Below are positions 54,480 to 64,000 of a DNA stretch of 64,000 bases, piece by piece; the stretch's first letter is position 1; each line of letters opens with the position of its first letter. Under the pieces are notes generated by a model, which ran no database searches, was not told the origin of the DNA, and saw only the letters and a program-made list of their open reading frames with translations. The translations under genes and the position numbers were made by a program. This DNA comes from Escherichia phage ECP2301, in the sequence record OR880646.1, one strand, 5' to 3'.

Positions 54480-55136
54480 ATGGCAGCACCTAGAATATCA
54501 TTTTCGCCCTCTGATATTCTGTTTGGTGTTCTAGATCGCTTGTTCAAAGATAACGCTACCGGGAAAGTTCTTGCTTCCCGGGTAGCTGTCGTAATTCTTT
54601 TGTTTATAATGGCGATTGTTTGGTATAGGGGAGATAGTTTCTTTGAGTACTATAAGCAATCAAAGTATGAAACATACAGTGAAATTATTGAAAAGGAAAG
54701 AAATGCACGCTTTGAATCTGTCGCCCTGGAACAACTCCAGATAGTTCATATATCATCTGAGGCAGACTTTAGTGCGGTGTATTCTTTCCGCCCTAAAAAC
54801 TTAAACTATTTTGTTGATATTATAGCATATGAAGGAAAATTACCTTCAACAATAAGTGAAAAATCACTTGGAGGATATCCTGTTGATAAAACTATGGATG
54901 AATATGCAGTTCATTTAAATGGACGTCATTATTATTCCAACTCAAAATTTGCTTTTTTACCAACCAAAAAGCCTACTCCCGAAATAAATTACATGTACAG
55001 TTGTCCATATTTCAATTTGGATAATATCTATGCTGGAACAATAACCATGTACTGGTATAGAAATGATCATATAAGTAATGACCGCCTTGAATCAATATGT
55101 GCTCAGGCGGCCAGAATATTAGGAAGGGCTAAATAA
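54480..55136 (+). CDS. t: Holin T
   Basis: 218 aa; single N-terminal TM and large periplasmic domain. Confidence 0.92.
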   Translation: MAAPRISFSPSDILFGVLDRLFKDNATGKVLASRVAVVILLFIMAIVWYRGDSFFEYYKQSKYETYSEIIEKERNARFESVALEQLQIVHISSEADFSAVYSFRPKNLNYFVDIIAYEGKLPSTISEKSLGGYPVDKTMDEYAVHLNGRHYYSNSKFAFLPTKKPTPEINYMYSCPYFNLDNIYAGTITMYWYRNDHISNDRLESICAQAARILGRAK

Positions 55137-55409
55137 TTATTTGTTCGTATACATCTCTAGATATCGATATACACCCTCAAAACCCTCGTTGAATTCGTCG
55201 ATGAGGGTTTTCTTATCTTCTTGAGTTAATTCAGAAACAATTTTACGGAATGAATTCTGATTCAACTTTCTACCTTCATGCGTTACTCCAATCTCATTCA
55301 GAAATGCAATAAAATTAGCACGATTCTCAACAATATCTTCTCGTGAAAATTTAATCAAAATAGACGCAACAGTAATAATTTCACGAACTGTATCAATATT
55401 TTTATTCAT
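55137..55409 (-). CDS. asiA: AsiA anti-sigma-70 factor
   Basis: 90 aa; matches T4 AsiA as recalled. Confidence 0.93.
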   Translation of the reverse strand: MNKNIDTVREIITVASILIKFSREDIVENRANFIAFLNEIGVTHEGRKLNQNSFRKIVSELTQEDKKTLIDEFNEGFEGVYRYLEMYTNK

Positions 55410-55421
55410 TAACTATACCAC

Positions 55422-55574
55422 TCAATTAGTTGACTTTACTATAATATCATCAGATGTTTGATTTGTAAACTGGTCTGTGTTATTTTCTTCAAAAATTTTT
55501 TCTACGAATTCCTTGAACGACTTACGTTCCTGAGCTACATTATGCTCGATTACCTTTTCAAGATTATGACTCAT
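55422..55574 (-). CDS. Small hypothetical protein (about 50 aa)
   Basis: Hand-translated MSHNLEKVIEHNVAQERKSF...; start overlaps arn stop; contains the asiA early promoter. Confidence 0.4.
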   Translation of the reverse strand: MSHNLEKVIEHNVAQERKSFKEFVEKIFEENNTDQFTNQTSDDIIVKSTN

Positions 55575-55849
55575 TCGAAATAATCTTCAATTTCATAATC
55601 ATGGACATAAATCATTATAGTTTTTAATACATCATCAATACTTTTTCCTGGAGCTGGAATTACGTAAAAATATCCAGCCTTTGAGGTATCTTTATAAGTT
55701 CCAACCAAGAAATCATTATTCTCGAGATGTAGTTCTTCAACTAATTCATTAACAATTGAGTGGTATAAATTTGGTAGAAACTTATATAGCTTTTCTAGAA
55801 TATCAATTTTGATTGTGTATTGAACCACAGATTGAGAATCAATAATCAT
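55571..55849 (-). CDS. arn: Arn anti-restriction (McrBC inhibitor)
   Basis: 92 aa; T4 Arn length and position. Confidence 0.85.
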   Translation of the reverse strand: MIIDSQSVVQYTIKIDILEKLYKFLPNLYHSIVNELVEELHLENNDFLVGTYKDTSKAGYFYVIPAPGKSIDDVLKTIMIYVHDYEIEDYFE

Positions 55850-55932
55850 AGACCTTCCCCTTATGTTTCTGTTTGCGATTAGATTCTTTAAACGCTTTCT
55901 TCTTATCCTTATGAACAGAAGCTTTATTAAAA

Positions 55933-56151
55933 TTATGTTTTGCGACTAAATTGTTCATAGTGTTGAATTACCTCTCTCAAACATTTGCATGTGAATGAAA
56001 ACTTTTTAGCTACACCACATTCAAATATATGTTCTCTTAAATCACGTGTATCAGTATATCCCATCTCAACGATAAAATGCCGTATTAGATTTTTATCTTT
56101 ATCATTGAGAGAATTAAAATAATCGGATTTTGAATTAATTTCCCTGGCCAA
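55933..56151 (-). CDS. Hypothetical protein
   Basis: 72 aa ORF. Confidence 0.5.
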   Translation of the reverse strand: MAREINSKSDYFNSLNDKDKNLIRHFIVEMGYTDTRDLREHIFECGVAKKFSFTCKCLREVIQHYEQFSRKT

Positions 56152-56431
56152 ATTGAATCACCTTCAGTTGACGTTTTAGTTCTTTTATCATTTCTTCGTT
56201 CATCGCAATATAAAGATCGCGTAAAGCAGGTTTTAGCATTCCATTTATTGGGGAACTAAATGGACATACATAATCTTTTCCTACGAGCTTTTTGGTGAAT
56301 TCCATATTACAGAATTGAAATGCCGGTTCATTGGCATAAATTCCCCAATTAGTTGACATCATTTTATTGGCATATTCCAGTGCCTGGATTTGATTCTTAA
56401 TTCCATCAATTTGAAACTTTTTAATATTCAT
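56135..56431 (-). CDS. Hypothetical protein
   Basis: 98 aa ORF. Confidence 0.5.
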   Translation of the reverse strand: MNIKKFQIDGIKNQIQALEYANKMMSTNWGIYANEPAFQFCNMEFTKKLVGKDYVCPFSSPINGMLKPALRDLYIAMNEEMIKELKRQLKVIQFGQGN

Positions 56432-56892
56432 TAGTAAAGGTCCTCAGAGTAAAGTTCTTTTTCACTACCACCACGTTCAATACGTACTTGTCCAGCGTAA
56501 GTTGCAATAATCATTGCTTCTTCACGGGTCCAATAATTACTATATTGGTCAATAAACCCTTGGTCATCATCACAAACTTGTTGAGTAACTAATTGAGGTT
56601 TAACTACATCTAAAACTTCTGCCATATCTTTAGAATAATGACGAGCACCTGGAATAACAAGAGTTCGTCCATCTTTTAATTTAAAACGGTTGGCTGCGCA
56701 AACAATTCGTCGTTGATATTTTTGATTTTCGTCCCAATATGCAGACTGCCAACAGATTTCAGGAACTTCTGCAAGAATATCTTCTTCTGTGCATTTATAA
56801 CCATGTGCTTTAAATTTTTCAACAAGACTTTCTGGAGTTTCACGAGATAAAGGAACATTCAGCATTTTTAAACGATTAATAAATGGGTTCAT
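56431..56892 (-). CDS. Hypothetical protein
   Basis: 153 aa ORF. Confidence 0.55.
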   Translation of the reverse strand: MNPFINRLKMLNVPLSRETPESLVEKFKAHGYKCTEEDILAEVPEICWQSAYWDENQKYQRRIVCAANRFKLKDGRTLVIPGARHYSKDMAEVLDVVKPQLVTQQVCDDDQGFIDQYSNYWTREEAMIIATYAGQVRIERGGSEKELYSEDLY

Positions 56893-57218
56893 TTAAACCA
56901 TCCTTTAATACGTTGCCACAAAGTTTTCTGTTGAGCTTTGTTAACACCAATTGAGCGAATAACTGGTTGAGATTCCTGGAATTCTTTATAATCAGCAAGG
57001 TAAATTTCGTAAGCTGCATCTGTAAATGAACTTATCGCCGCCATAAAATTATTGCGAATACCTACTGGAGCATCTTTACTTTCACGAATAATCATGTATT
57101 TACCAGTCTTAATCTTTACGATAGTTCCAAGATAAGCTCCATGGTACCAGATGTCCCACCCCTCTTGAGTGGGTTCTGCACAACGACGAAGTTCATTAAC
57201 AATTTCTAACTTGTTCAT
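56889..57218 (-). CDS. Hypothetical protein
   Basis: 109 aa ORF. Confidence 0.5.
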   Translation of the reverse strand: MNKLEIVNELRRCAEPTQEGWDIWYHGAYLGTIVKIKTGKYMIIRESKDAPVGIRNNFMAAISSFTDAAYEIYLADYKEFQESQPVIRSIGVNKAQQKTLWQRIKGWFK

Positions 57219-57228
57219 TATTTATTCC

Positions 57229-57864
57229 TCACAGTTCAGATGCTACGGTGATTACTGCTTCAATGTTTTCTGCCGAGCGTTTAATGTCAAGATACACATT
57301 ACCGTTTTTAGCGATTTTACATGACATTCCGATATCAGTAAATTTCTGAATATGGTGTTCCATCATTTTGTATCCAAAAATTCGCATATTTCCGTTGTTG
57401 TTAATTTCAAAATTGCGAATTCCGTGAGTGCGTTTTTCTAAAATAGCAAGATAGTTACTGCGGTAAGTTTCAACCTTTTTAAGAACAAATCCATTTTCAT
57501 CTAAAAGTTTTAACATGAAGTCTTTATCTTCTTCCATATCGGAAGTAATCTCACGAGCTTTACGAGTTGCTCGTTTTTTCAGCAGTTCAGGAGCATTTTC
57601 CTGTGCGTATAAAGTTGCTGCATTTGAAATAATATCCTGAGCTTCACCAGTAATGATTAATCCATCACCAGATTTCTCCACCAGGCCTTTTTTAATCAAT
57701 ACCCCAATATTACTATTAACTACTGCGTTACCTAAATCTGGATGCACCTCACGAACTTCTGCAGCTGTAATGAAATCTTTCTTAGCAATGGTAATTAAAA
57801 TTGCAGCAGTTTTTTCATTCAGAACATCGTTAGAAGCTTTGATGATGTAAGTTACTTTAGACAT
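57229..57864 (-). CDS. motA: MotA middle-transcription activator
   Basis: 211 aa; matches T4 MotA as recalled. Confidence 0.93.
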   Translation of the reverse strand: MSKVTYIIKASNDVLNEKTAAILITIAKKDFITAAEVREVHPDLGNAVVNSNIGVLIKKGLVEKSGDGLIITGEAQDIISNAATLYAQENAPELLKKRATRKAREITSDMEEDKDFMLKLLDENGFVLKKVETYRSNYLAILEKRTHGIRNFEINNNGNMRIFGYKMMEHHIQKFTDIGMSCKIAKNGNVYLDIKRSAENIEAVITVASEL

Positions 57865-57889
57865 TTTCTAATCTCCGTAATTCTGTATC

Positions 57890-57962
57890 AGTAGTTGATA
57901 GTTGTATAGTACCACAGTATGCTTTGGTTGTAAACCGTTTTGTGAAAAAATTTTTGAAATAA
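57890..57962 (-). promoter_or_regulatory. T4-type early promoter upstream of motA
   Basis: Minus strand GGTTTACAACC ... ACTGTGGTACTATACAACT preceded by A/T-rich UP region. Confidence 0.7.
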
Positions 57963-57965
57963 AAA

Positions 57966-57990
57966 AGGGAGAGCCTCAGCTCTCCCTAAA
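57966..57990 (-). terminator. Intrinsic terminator
   Basis: gggagagc-ctca-gctctccc hairpin followed on minus strand by TTTTTATTT. Confidence 0.7.
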
Positions 57991-57991
57991 A

Positions 57992-58141
57992 TTACTGCAT
58001 GACTGTGATAACTGTCATGATAACACGTTGAATTCCGAACGCAAGAAGACCTCCTGCTACAGCAGGAACAACACCTAAACCCGCCAGTAAAATGCCACCG
58101 GATACTAATGCAGCGCTTGTAATACCTATGAATGGACTCAT
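57992..58141 (-). CDS. Small Gly-rich hydrophobic membrane peptide (about 49 aa)
   Basis: Hand-translated MSPFIGITSAALVSGGILLAGLGVVPAVAGGLLAFGIQRV...; start overlaps gene 52 stop (ATGA). Confidence 0.45.
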   Translation of the reverse strand: MSPFIGITSAALVSGGILLAGLGVVPAVAGGLLAFGIQRVIMTVITVMQ

Positions 58142-59466
58142 TTGATTTCCTCTAAATCTTTGGTGTATTCTGTAACTACATCAGTAGTTTTCCAATATTC
58201 GTTTTCTTCTTTTTTAGCTTTAGCTTCTTCAGCAAGTTTCTTTGCTTCGTCGGAAGTCATATGAAAAATATTCATTCCAACTAGTTTATCAACATAAGAA
58301 GAATACATATCAATTTTAGAAAGTTCTTCGGTCAGTTCTTTACGAGTTTTACCTTGTACAACAATTTCACCTGAAATTACTTTCTTAATGAAATGTGCCT
58401 TGGCAAAGGCTAAACGAAATGCTGATTCAGTTTCTTTGATTTTGTTATCAATTCGTTTTTGGACATAAGTTTTACGAACTTCAACGAAGTCTTTGATTAA
58501 ATCAACTACGTTATCGTAAACTTGCAGCTTTCCTTTCTCATTAATAACAGTAATATTCTGTGAACGACGTTCAATCAACCCGAAGTCTTTCATAATTTTT
58601 GCGTGGCGTTCTTCTTCGTTATCACTCAAAGAGTATTCTTTACGGAATTTAACTTTGAAGCCAAAACCGTGCTCACCGCAAGCATCATCCCACGTAATGA
58701 AGCCTTTATCTTCAAGCGGGTCTAAGATTTTACTCACGTAAGTTTCACGATCATACTTATATGGAATCTCAGTGATATTCATTTGAGTTCGTGAAGTAAA
58801 CTTATACGTTCCACGAATTTCATATTGACCGTCAATTTCAACGACTTCACCGCGAAATTCTGGGAATTCTACCTTCGGTTTAGTTACTTTCTTTCCTTGA
58901 AGAGCTTGCAGTACAGCTTTCTTGACAGAAGAAACGCTATGAGGAAGAATGTAAGTTGCATAACCAGTTGCAATACCGGAAACACCATTAAGAAGAACAG
59001 TAGGAATAATAGGCAAATAGAAAGCAGGCGGAATGTGTTCTTTATCTTGATGTACCGGAGCATATTCAGTATCTTTATATACATTATAGAAATTTTTACT
59101 TACACGAGCAAAAATATAACGACTTGCCGCTGCTTTTTGAACGGTACGAGAACCAAAGTTTCCTTGACCATCTAACAAAGGAAAGTTATTATTCCAAGCG
59201 TTAGCCATCAAAGCACCTGCGTCTTGTGCAGAGTTTTCACCGTGATGATATCCAAGGTCTGCTACACCACCTGCAATAGAAGCGAGTTTGTGAAACTTAT
59301 CTTTATTTCCTCGTGCCAAATCAAGAGCTCGAGCAATAACAAATCGTTGAACTGGCTTAAATCCATCAATCATATTTGGGATAGCACGATTTTCAACCGT
59401 GTACATAGCATAAGCCAATGCTTCATTATCAATGATACTTTTTAAATCGCGATTATTCAGTTGCAT
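58138..59466 (-). CDS. 52: DNA topoisomerase II medium subunit gp52
   Basis: 442 aa; GyrA-like cleavage core. Confidence 0.9.
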   Translation of the reverse strand: MQLNNRDLKSIIDNEALAYAMYTVENRAIPNMIDGFKPVQRFVIARALDLARGNKDKFHKLASIAGGVADLGYHHGENSAQDAGALMANAWNNNFPLLDGQGNFGSRTVQKAAASRYIFARVSKNFYNVYKDTEYAPVHQDKEHIPPAFYLPIIPTVLLNGVSGIATGYATYILPHSVSSVKKAVLQALQGKKVTKPKVEFPEFRGEVVEIDGQYEIRGTYKFTSRTQMNITEIPYKYDRETYVSKILDPLEDKGFITWDDACGEHGFGFKVKFRKEYSLSDNEEERHAKIMKDFGLIERRSQNITVINEKGKLQVYDNVVDLIKDFVEVRKTYVQKRIDNKIKETESAFRLAFAKAHFIKKVISGEIVVQGKTRKELTEELSKIDMYSSYVDKLVGMNIFHMTSDEAKKLAEEAKAKKEENEYWKTTDVVTEYTKDLEEIK

Positions 59467-59470
59467 AAAT

Positions 59471-59611
59471 TTACCATACTAGTGAATGTAGTGCCATAAT
59501 AACATCAGAAATGAAAAGCACGACTTGAATTAATCCGAACATTACTCCATAATATAGTGCTACCAATAAAGTAGCAAGGGCTAATGAATAGCCCAAGATT
59601 TTCTTAATCAT
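59471..59611 (-). CDS. Small hydrophobic membrane peptide (about 46 aa)
   Basis: Hand-translated [33 protein letters not shown]... Confidence 0.4.
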   Translation of the reverse strand: MIKKILGYSLALATLLVALYYGVMFGLIQVVLFISDVIMALHSLVW

Positions 59612-59774
59612 TAGTAGATAACAACACAAATGTTAAATATGCACACATACCCTGGGCTAAAGCTTGTGAAAACACACTGCTAGCATCGATACAGATAGTT
59701 AAAACACATGCTACTATCCAACAAACAAATGAAATAACTCCTAGTAATTTTGCAATATTCATATTTTCCTCACT
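59604..59774 (-). CDS. Small hydrophobic membrane protein, Ac-like by position
   Basis: Hydrophobic ORF ...[28 protein letters not shown]...; only in-frame start seen is a GTG overlapping stp stop. Confidence 0.35.
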
Positions 59775-59851
59775 GGCGTCCGAAGACGCCTTTGGTTTTA
59801 AGATTGTTACGATAGAACTGCATCACATGTTCGTTATGGAAATTACTCATA
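59771..59851 (-). CDS. stp: Stp peptide
   Basis: Hand-translated [26 protein letters not shown] (26 aa), matches T4 Stp as recalled; coordinates approximate. Confidence 0.8.
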
Positions 59852-60016
59852 CACACCACACATTTTGCATAAACGTTCAAAACAGATAAATCCGCCACCT
59901 ACACACATCACGACAGCCACATTATCATTAAGAGGTAGACCTAAAGCCGTAAAGATTCCAGTCAATGTGAATAAGGCTAAAACTAATAGGTAACCCATTA
60001 CAAATAGAGCTTTCAT
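59843..60016 (-). CDS. Small membrane protein (about 57 aa)
   Basis: Hand-translated [32 protein letters not shown]...; start overlaps ndd stop. Confidence 0.4.
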
Positions 60017-60471
60017 TAGTATGCCTGCAAAACAAATTTAAAGTTATCCGCCAACATACGATTCATTTCTTCAAGCGTTTGATACTCAGAATGATGATTA
60101 CGAGTAAACGCCAAAGCTAACTGACCTTTTCCAAATCCCGTCGTCAAAGGTTTCATCTTAGAAGCAGGCAAATAAAATACTGTGTATGGAACATTGTTAT
60201 TTGCAATAGTACGCGCAAGCTGAGACCGACGCTGACGAATATGACTTAGAACTGCACTGAATCCTTGCTTAGAACGCTGATTACCTACATAAAATCGTGC
60301 AGATACGCACGGACTATCAAATGGACCACCAAATTTGCTCACTAAAAAGTAAAATCCAGGGTTAGACAAAATGTCTTTATGCGGAGTTCCAAAAACCCAT
60401 TCACCGCCCTTGATTGTACCAATAACAGTAGCACCTGCATTATTCAGATCAGTAACAGTCATGTATTTCAT
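60016..60471 (-). CDS. ndd: Ndd nucleoid disruption protein
   Basis: 151 aa, T4 Ndd length; position between stp and denB. Confidence 0.85.
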   Translation of the reverse strand: MKYMTVTDLNNAGATVIGTIKGGEWVFGTPHKDILSNPGFYFLVSKFGGPFDSPCVSARFYVGNQRSKQGFSAVLSHIRQRRSQLARTIANNNVPYTVFYLPASKMKPLTTGFGKGQLALAFTRNHHSEYQTLEEMNRMLADNFKFVLQAY

Positions 60472-60530
60472 ATTAATTTCCTCTAATTATTTTCTACTCC
60501 AAGGCCGCATGAATACACACGGCCGATAAA

Positions 60531-60746
60531 TTAATCGTCGCAGTCGACGCTCAATTCCCAGAACTCTTCTACAGTATAAGTTTCAGTATCATTTTCAATA
60601 CAGAAACGTTCATTACTGTTGTTTGCTAAAGTAGCATTAACTGTCATTTTCTCGCTAGTGCTCTTAAGAGGTGAAATACGAATTAACTGATCACCACTAT
60701 CCAAGCAAAAAATTTCGCCAACTTTTACATCTTTAAAAATTTTCAT
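60531..60746 (-). CDS. Hypothetical protein
   Basis: 71 aa ORF. Confidence 0.5.
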   Translation of the reverse strand: MKIFKDVKVGEIFCLDSGDQLIRISPLKSTSEKMTVNATLANNSNERFCIENDTETYTVEEFWELSVDCDD

Positions 60747-60861
60747 AATTCACCTCAGGGAGTATAAAATCCAAATGCAGTTGTTGACCATCCCATCCAA
60801 TACGGAAAATTTGCACCAACGTAAAACATGAGAATATAAAACCAACCACTCAGCAAATTTA

Positions 60862-61080
60862 TCATTTTACACCATTCCAAATTGTTTCAACCACAGATTT
60901 TAAGCCATTTTGATGAATGTCCATTCCGACAACCGCCATCAAATAAATTCCAACTACAACTGAACCTAAGGCAAAAATCAGCATGAAAATGAATAAAGCC
61001 GGAAAAATATTATCGAAAAACCATTCAATAAATGTAAAAGCACTGCGTTTACGCTTCATATTTTCCTCACATAAATCCAA
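60862..61080 (-). CDS. Hypothetical membrane protein
   Basis: 72 aa ORF with hydrophobic segment. Confidence 0.5.
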   Translation of the reverse strand: MDLCEENMKRKRSAFTFIEWFFDNIFPALFIFMLIFALGSVVVGIYLMAVVGMDIHQNGLKSVVETIWNGVK

Positions 61081-61315
61081 AGTAAGCGTTTAATACATCA
61101 ATCATTAAAACGATTGGGAATATACTCAAAACTACTAGTATTATAACTACATTCCATATAGCTTTAACAATCTTTTTCATTTTCTGTTCCTCCGTAGTTG
61201 ATAGTGTAATAATACCACAGAGGAACAGTCTTGTAAACAACTTTTTTAAAAATATTCGTAATAAATGTGAATACCAACTACTACCGCTGAAACTTGCGCA
61301 ACCCACCACGCACAA
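61067..61315 (-). CDS. Hypothetical membrane protein
   Basis: 82 aa ORF with two hydrophobic segments. Confidence 0.5.
   Translation of the reverse strand: MCVVGCASFSGSSWYSHLLRIFLKKLFTRLFLCGIITLSTTEEQKMKKIVKAIWNVVIILVVLSIFPIVLMIDVLNAYFGFM
61195..61260 (-). promoter_or_regulatory. T4-type early promoter
   Basis: Minus strand GTTTACAAG ... cTGTGGTATTATtaca. Confidence 0.6.
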
Positions 61316-61423
61316 GCAATAAGCACAGAATTCAAAATTTTCATAATAACCTCATTACAAAAGTAAATATTAAACAAATTAATGGAATACTAACTAACCA
61401 AACAAAACACCACCACAATGAAC

Positions 61424-61696
61424 TCATAGTTCAATCTCAACGATTTTCATTTCATTACTATTAATAGCCGCTTTAAGACTATCTGAAAGAATTACACACC
61501 AGTGGTCATTCATATGACCATTAACTAAGCGTGTAATTTCTTCGGGAGTTGAAAAATAAGGCGTATCAGACTCCCAGTGCGATAGTCCCAAGCGAGTATA
61601 AATCATACCTTCATCATCGCTAGAATATTCAACTGACACAAACTCATCAGTTATTTTATGTTTAGCGTAATAAAATTTAAATTTCATTTTACTCAA
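61424..61696 (-). CDS. Hypothetical protein
   Basis: 90 aa ORF. Confidence 0.5.
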   Translation of the reverse strand: MSKMKFKFYYAKHKITDEFVSVEYSSDDEGMIYTRLGLSHWESDTPYFSTPEEITRLVNGHMNDHWCVILSDSLKAAINSNEMKIVEIEL

Positions 61697-61911
61697 TAAT
61701 CTGCTAAAAGATCGACGATTGCATCACGAAGACACTTATTCGCAATACGTTTAAGAGCAATTTCAGTTTCTGGAGCATTTTGAATAATCATTGAATTCAA
61801 TTCAGCCTCAGCAAACTGAAGTTCTTTAACTAATTCAGCTTTATATTTTCCTTGCCCTTTCTTAGCTTTTGCTCGTTTTAATTCAGATGTAGTAAACATT
61901 TTATTCTCCAA
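61693..61911 (-). CDS. Hypothetical protein
   Basis: 72 aa ORF downstream of an early promoter. Confidence 0.5.
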   Translation of the reverse strand: MENKMFTTSELKRAKAKKGQGKYKAELVKELQFAEAELNSMIIQNAPETEIALKRIANKCLRDAIVDLLADY

Positions 61912-61914
61912 ATC

Positions 61915-61985
61915 CGTATCAGTTGATAGTTGTATAGTACCACAGTCCTTGTGGTATGTAAACTGTTTTGTGAAATTTTTTTAAA
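61915..61985 (-). promoter_or_regulatory. T4-type early promoter
   Basis: Same family as 40625-40698: GTTTACATACCACAAGGACTGTGGTACTATACAACTATCAACTG. Confidence 0.7.
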
Positions 61986-62538
61986 TGGAAAGATACCATC
62001 CGTTGTAGTTGCTTTTTCTTACAACCTTACGAAGGTCTTCTCTGTCACCAATGAACTTCGGAGTGTACTGAATGACACCTGGATGAATTTCTTTAGTGTT
62101 GAATATAATTATACAGTCAGCGACCTGATGATTCAGAATGGGCCCTAGATTTATTCCAGAACCATATGGATACTCTCCGCTGCATCCTGTTGTTACAGAA
62201 ATCCAACGTGAGTCAGTTTGATGTGTCTTAACTTCTACACGAAGCCCGCAGTATCTTGGATGCGCCAATACATCCCATGCGTATGTATACGGGTCATTAA
62301 CATCCTCTTGGCCTTTGTTAACATACCCGCTTAGCCAATCTGCTACAAAAAACTCTGCGTACACCGCGATACGACATCTTTCGATAACTTCTGCTTTATC
62401 CTGGTTCGGGTTTTGTTTTAAAGAGTATCTTGCTGTATCAGCAATTTTGACCTTCATTTCACTAGTCAAGTCACTGTTCGATAGGGTAAATGTCGGAATC
62501 TGAAATAGTCTCTGTAAACCCGGATTCGTTTTCTGCAT
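61981..62538 (-). CDS. denB: Endonuclease IV
   Basis: 185 aa, T4 DenB length; position next to rIIB. Confidence 0.8.
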   Translation of the reverse strand: MQKTNPGLQRLFQIPTFTLSNSDLTSEMKVKIADTARYSLKQNPNQDKAEVIERCRIAVYAEFFVADWLSGYVNKGQEDVNDPYTYAWDVLAHPRYCGLRVEVKTHQTDSRWISVTTGCSGEYPYGSGINLGPILNHQVADCIIIFNTKEIHPGVIQYTPKFIGDREDLRKVVRKSNYNGWYLSI

Positions 62539-62788
62539 TTAGACTTTCCTTTTTACCGCTGAGATAAGCGTTATATACTTTAAGAGTGCCGTAATAAATT
62601 CGGTCATTTTCATCTAAAGACTCACGGTCAAGTTCATCGAGTTCCTTTTTATCCATGACTATAATATCATTGCAGTAAAGAAACCCAAGTTTTTCGTGAC
62701 CAAACTCAAATTTATTGCAGTACACAATATTAGCGTGATGATTTCCGTGCAGTTTAATCTCTTTTATGTCGGAATCACCGATATTCAT
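62471..62788 (-). CDS. Hypothetical protein
   Basis: ORF overlapping denB start; start uncertain. Confidence 0.45.
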   Translation of the reverse strand: MNIGDSDIKEIKLHGNHHANIVYCNKFEFGHEKLGFLYCNDIIVMDKKELDELDRESLDENDRIYYGTLKVYNAYLSGKKESLNAENESGFTETISDSDIYPIEQ

Positions 62789-62817
62789 ACAATAAATCAT
62801 AATTTTTCCTTAAAACA

Positions 62818-62845
62818 AAAGGGCCGAAGCCCCTTATTTTATTTG
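62818..62845. terminator. Stem-loop with flanking T-tracts
   Basis: GC hairpin with GAAG/CGAA-type loop, T-rich on both sides. Confidence 0.55.
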
Positions 62846-63033
62846 AATTGTGCAATTCTTTTTTCTAAACAATCTGCGTAAGATTTCATTGAGATGAACT
62901 GTGAAAGCAGTAATTCTTGCTCAACTTCATTAATCGTTAGAAACTTTGTACTTTCTAAAAATTTGCTCAGTGCATTAATTTTGAGCATTAATTGATCGTA
63001 TTCTTCTTTTACTCGTGCTTGATAACCTAACAT
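62839..63033 (-). CDS. Hypothetical protein
   Basis: 64 aa ORF. Confidence 0.5.
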   Translation of the reverse strand: MLGYQARVKEEYDQLMLKINALSKFLESTKFLTINEVEQELLLSQFISMKSYADCLEKRIAQFK

Positions 63034-63061
63034 AATTTTCCTTAGTTAAGGGCCGAAGCCC

Positions 63062-64000
63062 TTATTTAAATTGTTCAGTAACGTCTTCAACTACTTCGTA
63101 TTGGCAGGTACGCATTTTAGCATCGTTGTAATCAATCGGAATTGATACTACATCACGCGGATGCACTTTAACTTTTACAACTCGACTGGTTGAACTGCCA
63201 AAGTGACGAATATAAGATTTAGAACACACATGCAGACCACGAGAACAAGTTTGTGTATCATCGTCATTCACACGAGTACGTGGCATTTTAACTACTTTAC
63301 CAGGACTGTTATCAAAAGTATTTGAATGACAGTCAAAGTAATTACTGCGAACTACTTTCCATGCATAGAAGTAACCATCTTCTGTAATTTCAATATCGTT
63401 TGCTACCAAGAAATCGAAGAGTCGAGATACCGCTTTTTGGCTCGGGTTTTCCAACAGATTTTCCAAGAACGGAAAATAAAATTCAAAGTTTTCGCCTTTT
63501 TCCATCGAATCGAGAATACGATCAACTAAACCAGACCGCAATTCAATATTTTGATAGAACAAGCTTCCACCTTCAATTCGAACATCACCGGAAATATATT
63601 TTTCAACAGCGCGACGAACGTTAATTTTTTGCGCCGCTTCTTCCAATTTATCTGCAACAAGCAGATTAAGAATTTCCTGGAAGTTTGAATGAGTATTAGG
63701 AGTTGCGTTATAAGTTACACCATCAACAGTAATTGAAATGAATTTTTTAGATGCATTCCAAATAATGTCAGATTTAGCAACTGGAGCAATAGCTATATCG
63801 CTATTAACTTTAACCGTAATGTCACCGCTAATAGTAACTTTAGGACGTTTAGCTTCTTCAGCATTTTTCAAAACACGGCGGATTGTGTCAACCGATACAT
63901 CCTTCCAATAAGCTAATTCCTGCTGGGTGTAATTACCACTTGAATACAGTTTGACAATTTCAGCTTGTTCGTTTTTGGTCAGGCATTTAATATTGTACAT
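63062..64000 (-). CDS. rIIB: rIIB rapid-lysis protein
   Basis: 312 aa, T4 rIIB length; ATG start is the last codon of the window; position next to denB. Confidence 0.88.
   Translation of the reverse strand: MYNIKCLTKNEQAEIVKLYSSGNYTQQELAYWKDVSVDTIRRVLKNAEEAKRPKVTISGDITVKVNSDIAIAPVAKSDIIWNASKKFISITVDGVTYNATPNTHSNFQEILNLLVADKLEEAAQKINVRRAVEKYISGDVRIEGGSLFYQNIELRSGLVDRILDSMEKGENFEFYFPFLENLLENPSQKAVSRLFDFLVANDIEITEDGYFYAWKVVRSNYFDCHSNTFDNSPGKVVKMPRTRVNDDDTQTCSRGLHVCSKSYIRHFGSSTSRVVKVKVHPRDVVSIPIDYNDAKMRTCQYEVVEDVTEQFK

Overview
This window reads as a contiguous segment of a T-even (T4/T2/T6-like) Escherichia myovirus genome, running from the 3' end of gene 23 through rIIB in conserved T4 gene order. 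Identifications rest on protein sequences, lengths and synteny recalled from T4; no database search was run. Coordinates that I derived by hand (small ORFs, promoters, hairpins) may be off by 1-2 nt. Recognisable blocks: head genes (23 end, 24, hoc, inh), rnlB, uvsW/uvsY, the baseplate cluster (25, 26, 51, 27, 28, 29, 48, 54), two tandem Alt-type ADP-ribosyltransferases, DNA ligase (30), a block of small early ORFs including a NADAR/YbiA-like and a HAD-like protein, rIII, 31, cd, pseT, a spanin pair, alc, rnlA, denA, nrdB, nrdA, td, frd, 32, 59, 33, dsbA, rnh, the long-tail-fibre operon (34, 35, 36, 37, 38), holin t, asiA, arn, motA, 52, ac/stp, ndd, denB and rIIB. T4-style late promoters (TATAAATA), early promoters (GTTTAC with an extended -10), MotA-box middle promoters and many GNRA/UUCG-capped hairpins are visible. 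I found no rRNA, tRNA, CRISPR array, integrase or transposon. I did not find a clear-cut novel defence or anti-defence system. The features that depart most from the T4 reference are: (1) an unusually G+C-rich, ORF-free island of about 355 bp next to rIII; (2) a second Alt paralogue in tandem; (3) a NADAR-like gene close to the ADP-ribosyltransferases; (4) Hoc carrying a recent tandem Ig-domain duplication; (5) a 53-bp exact promoter/leader repeat at two loci about 16 kb apart; (6) a T2-type fibre tip (gp37 with a C-terminal chaperone-like domain plus a glycine-rich gp38); (7) apparent absence of the group I introns and homing endonuclease genes that T4 carries in td and nrdB.
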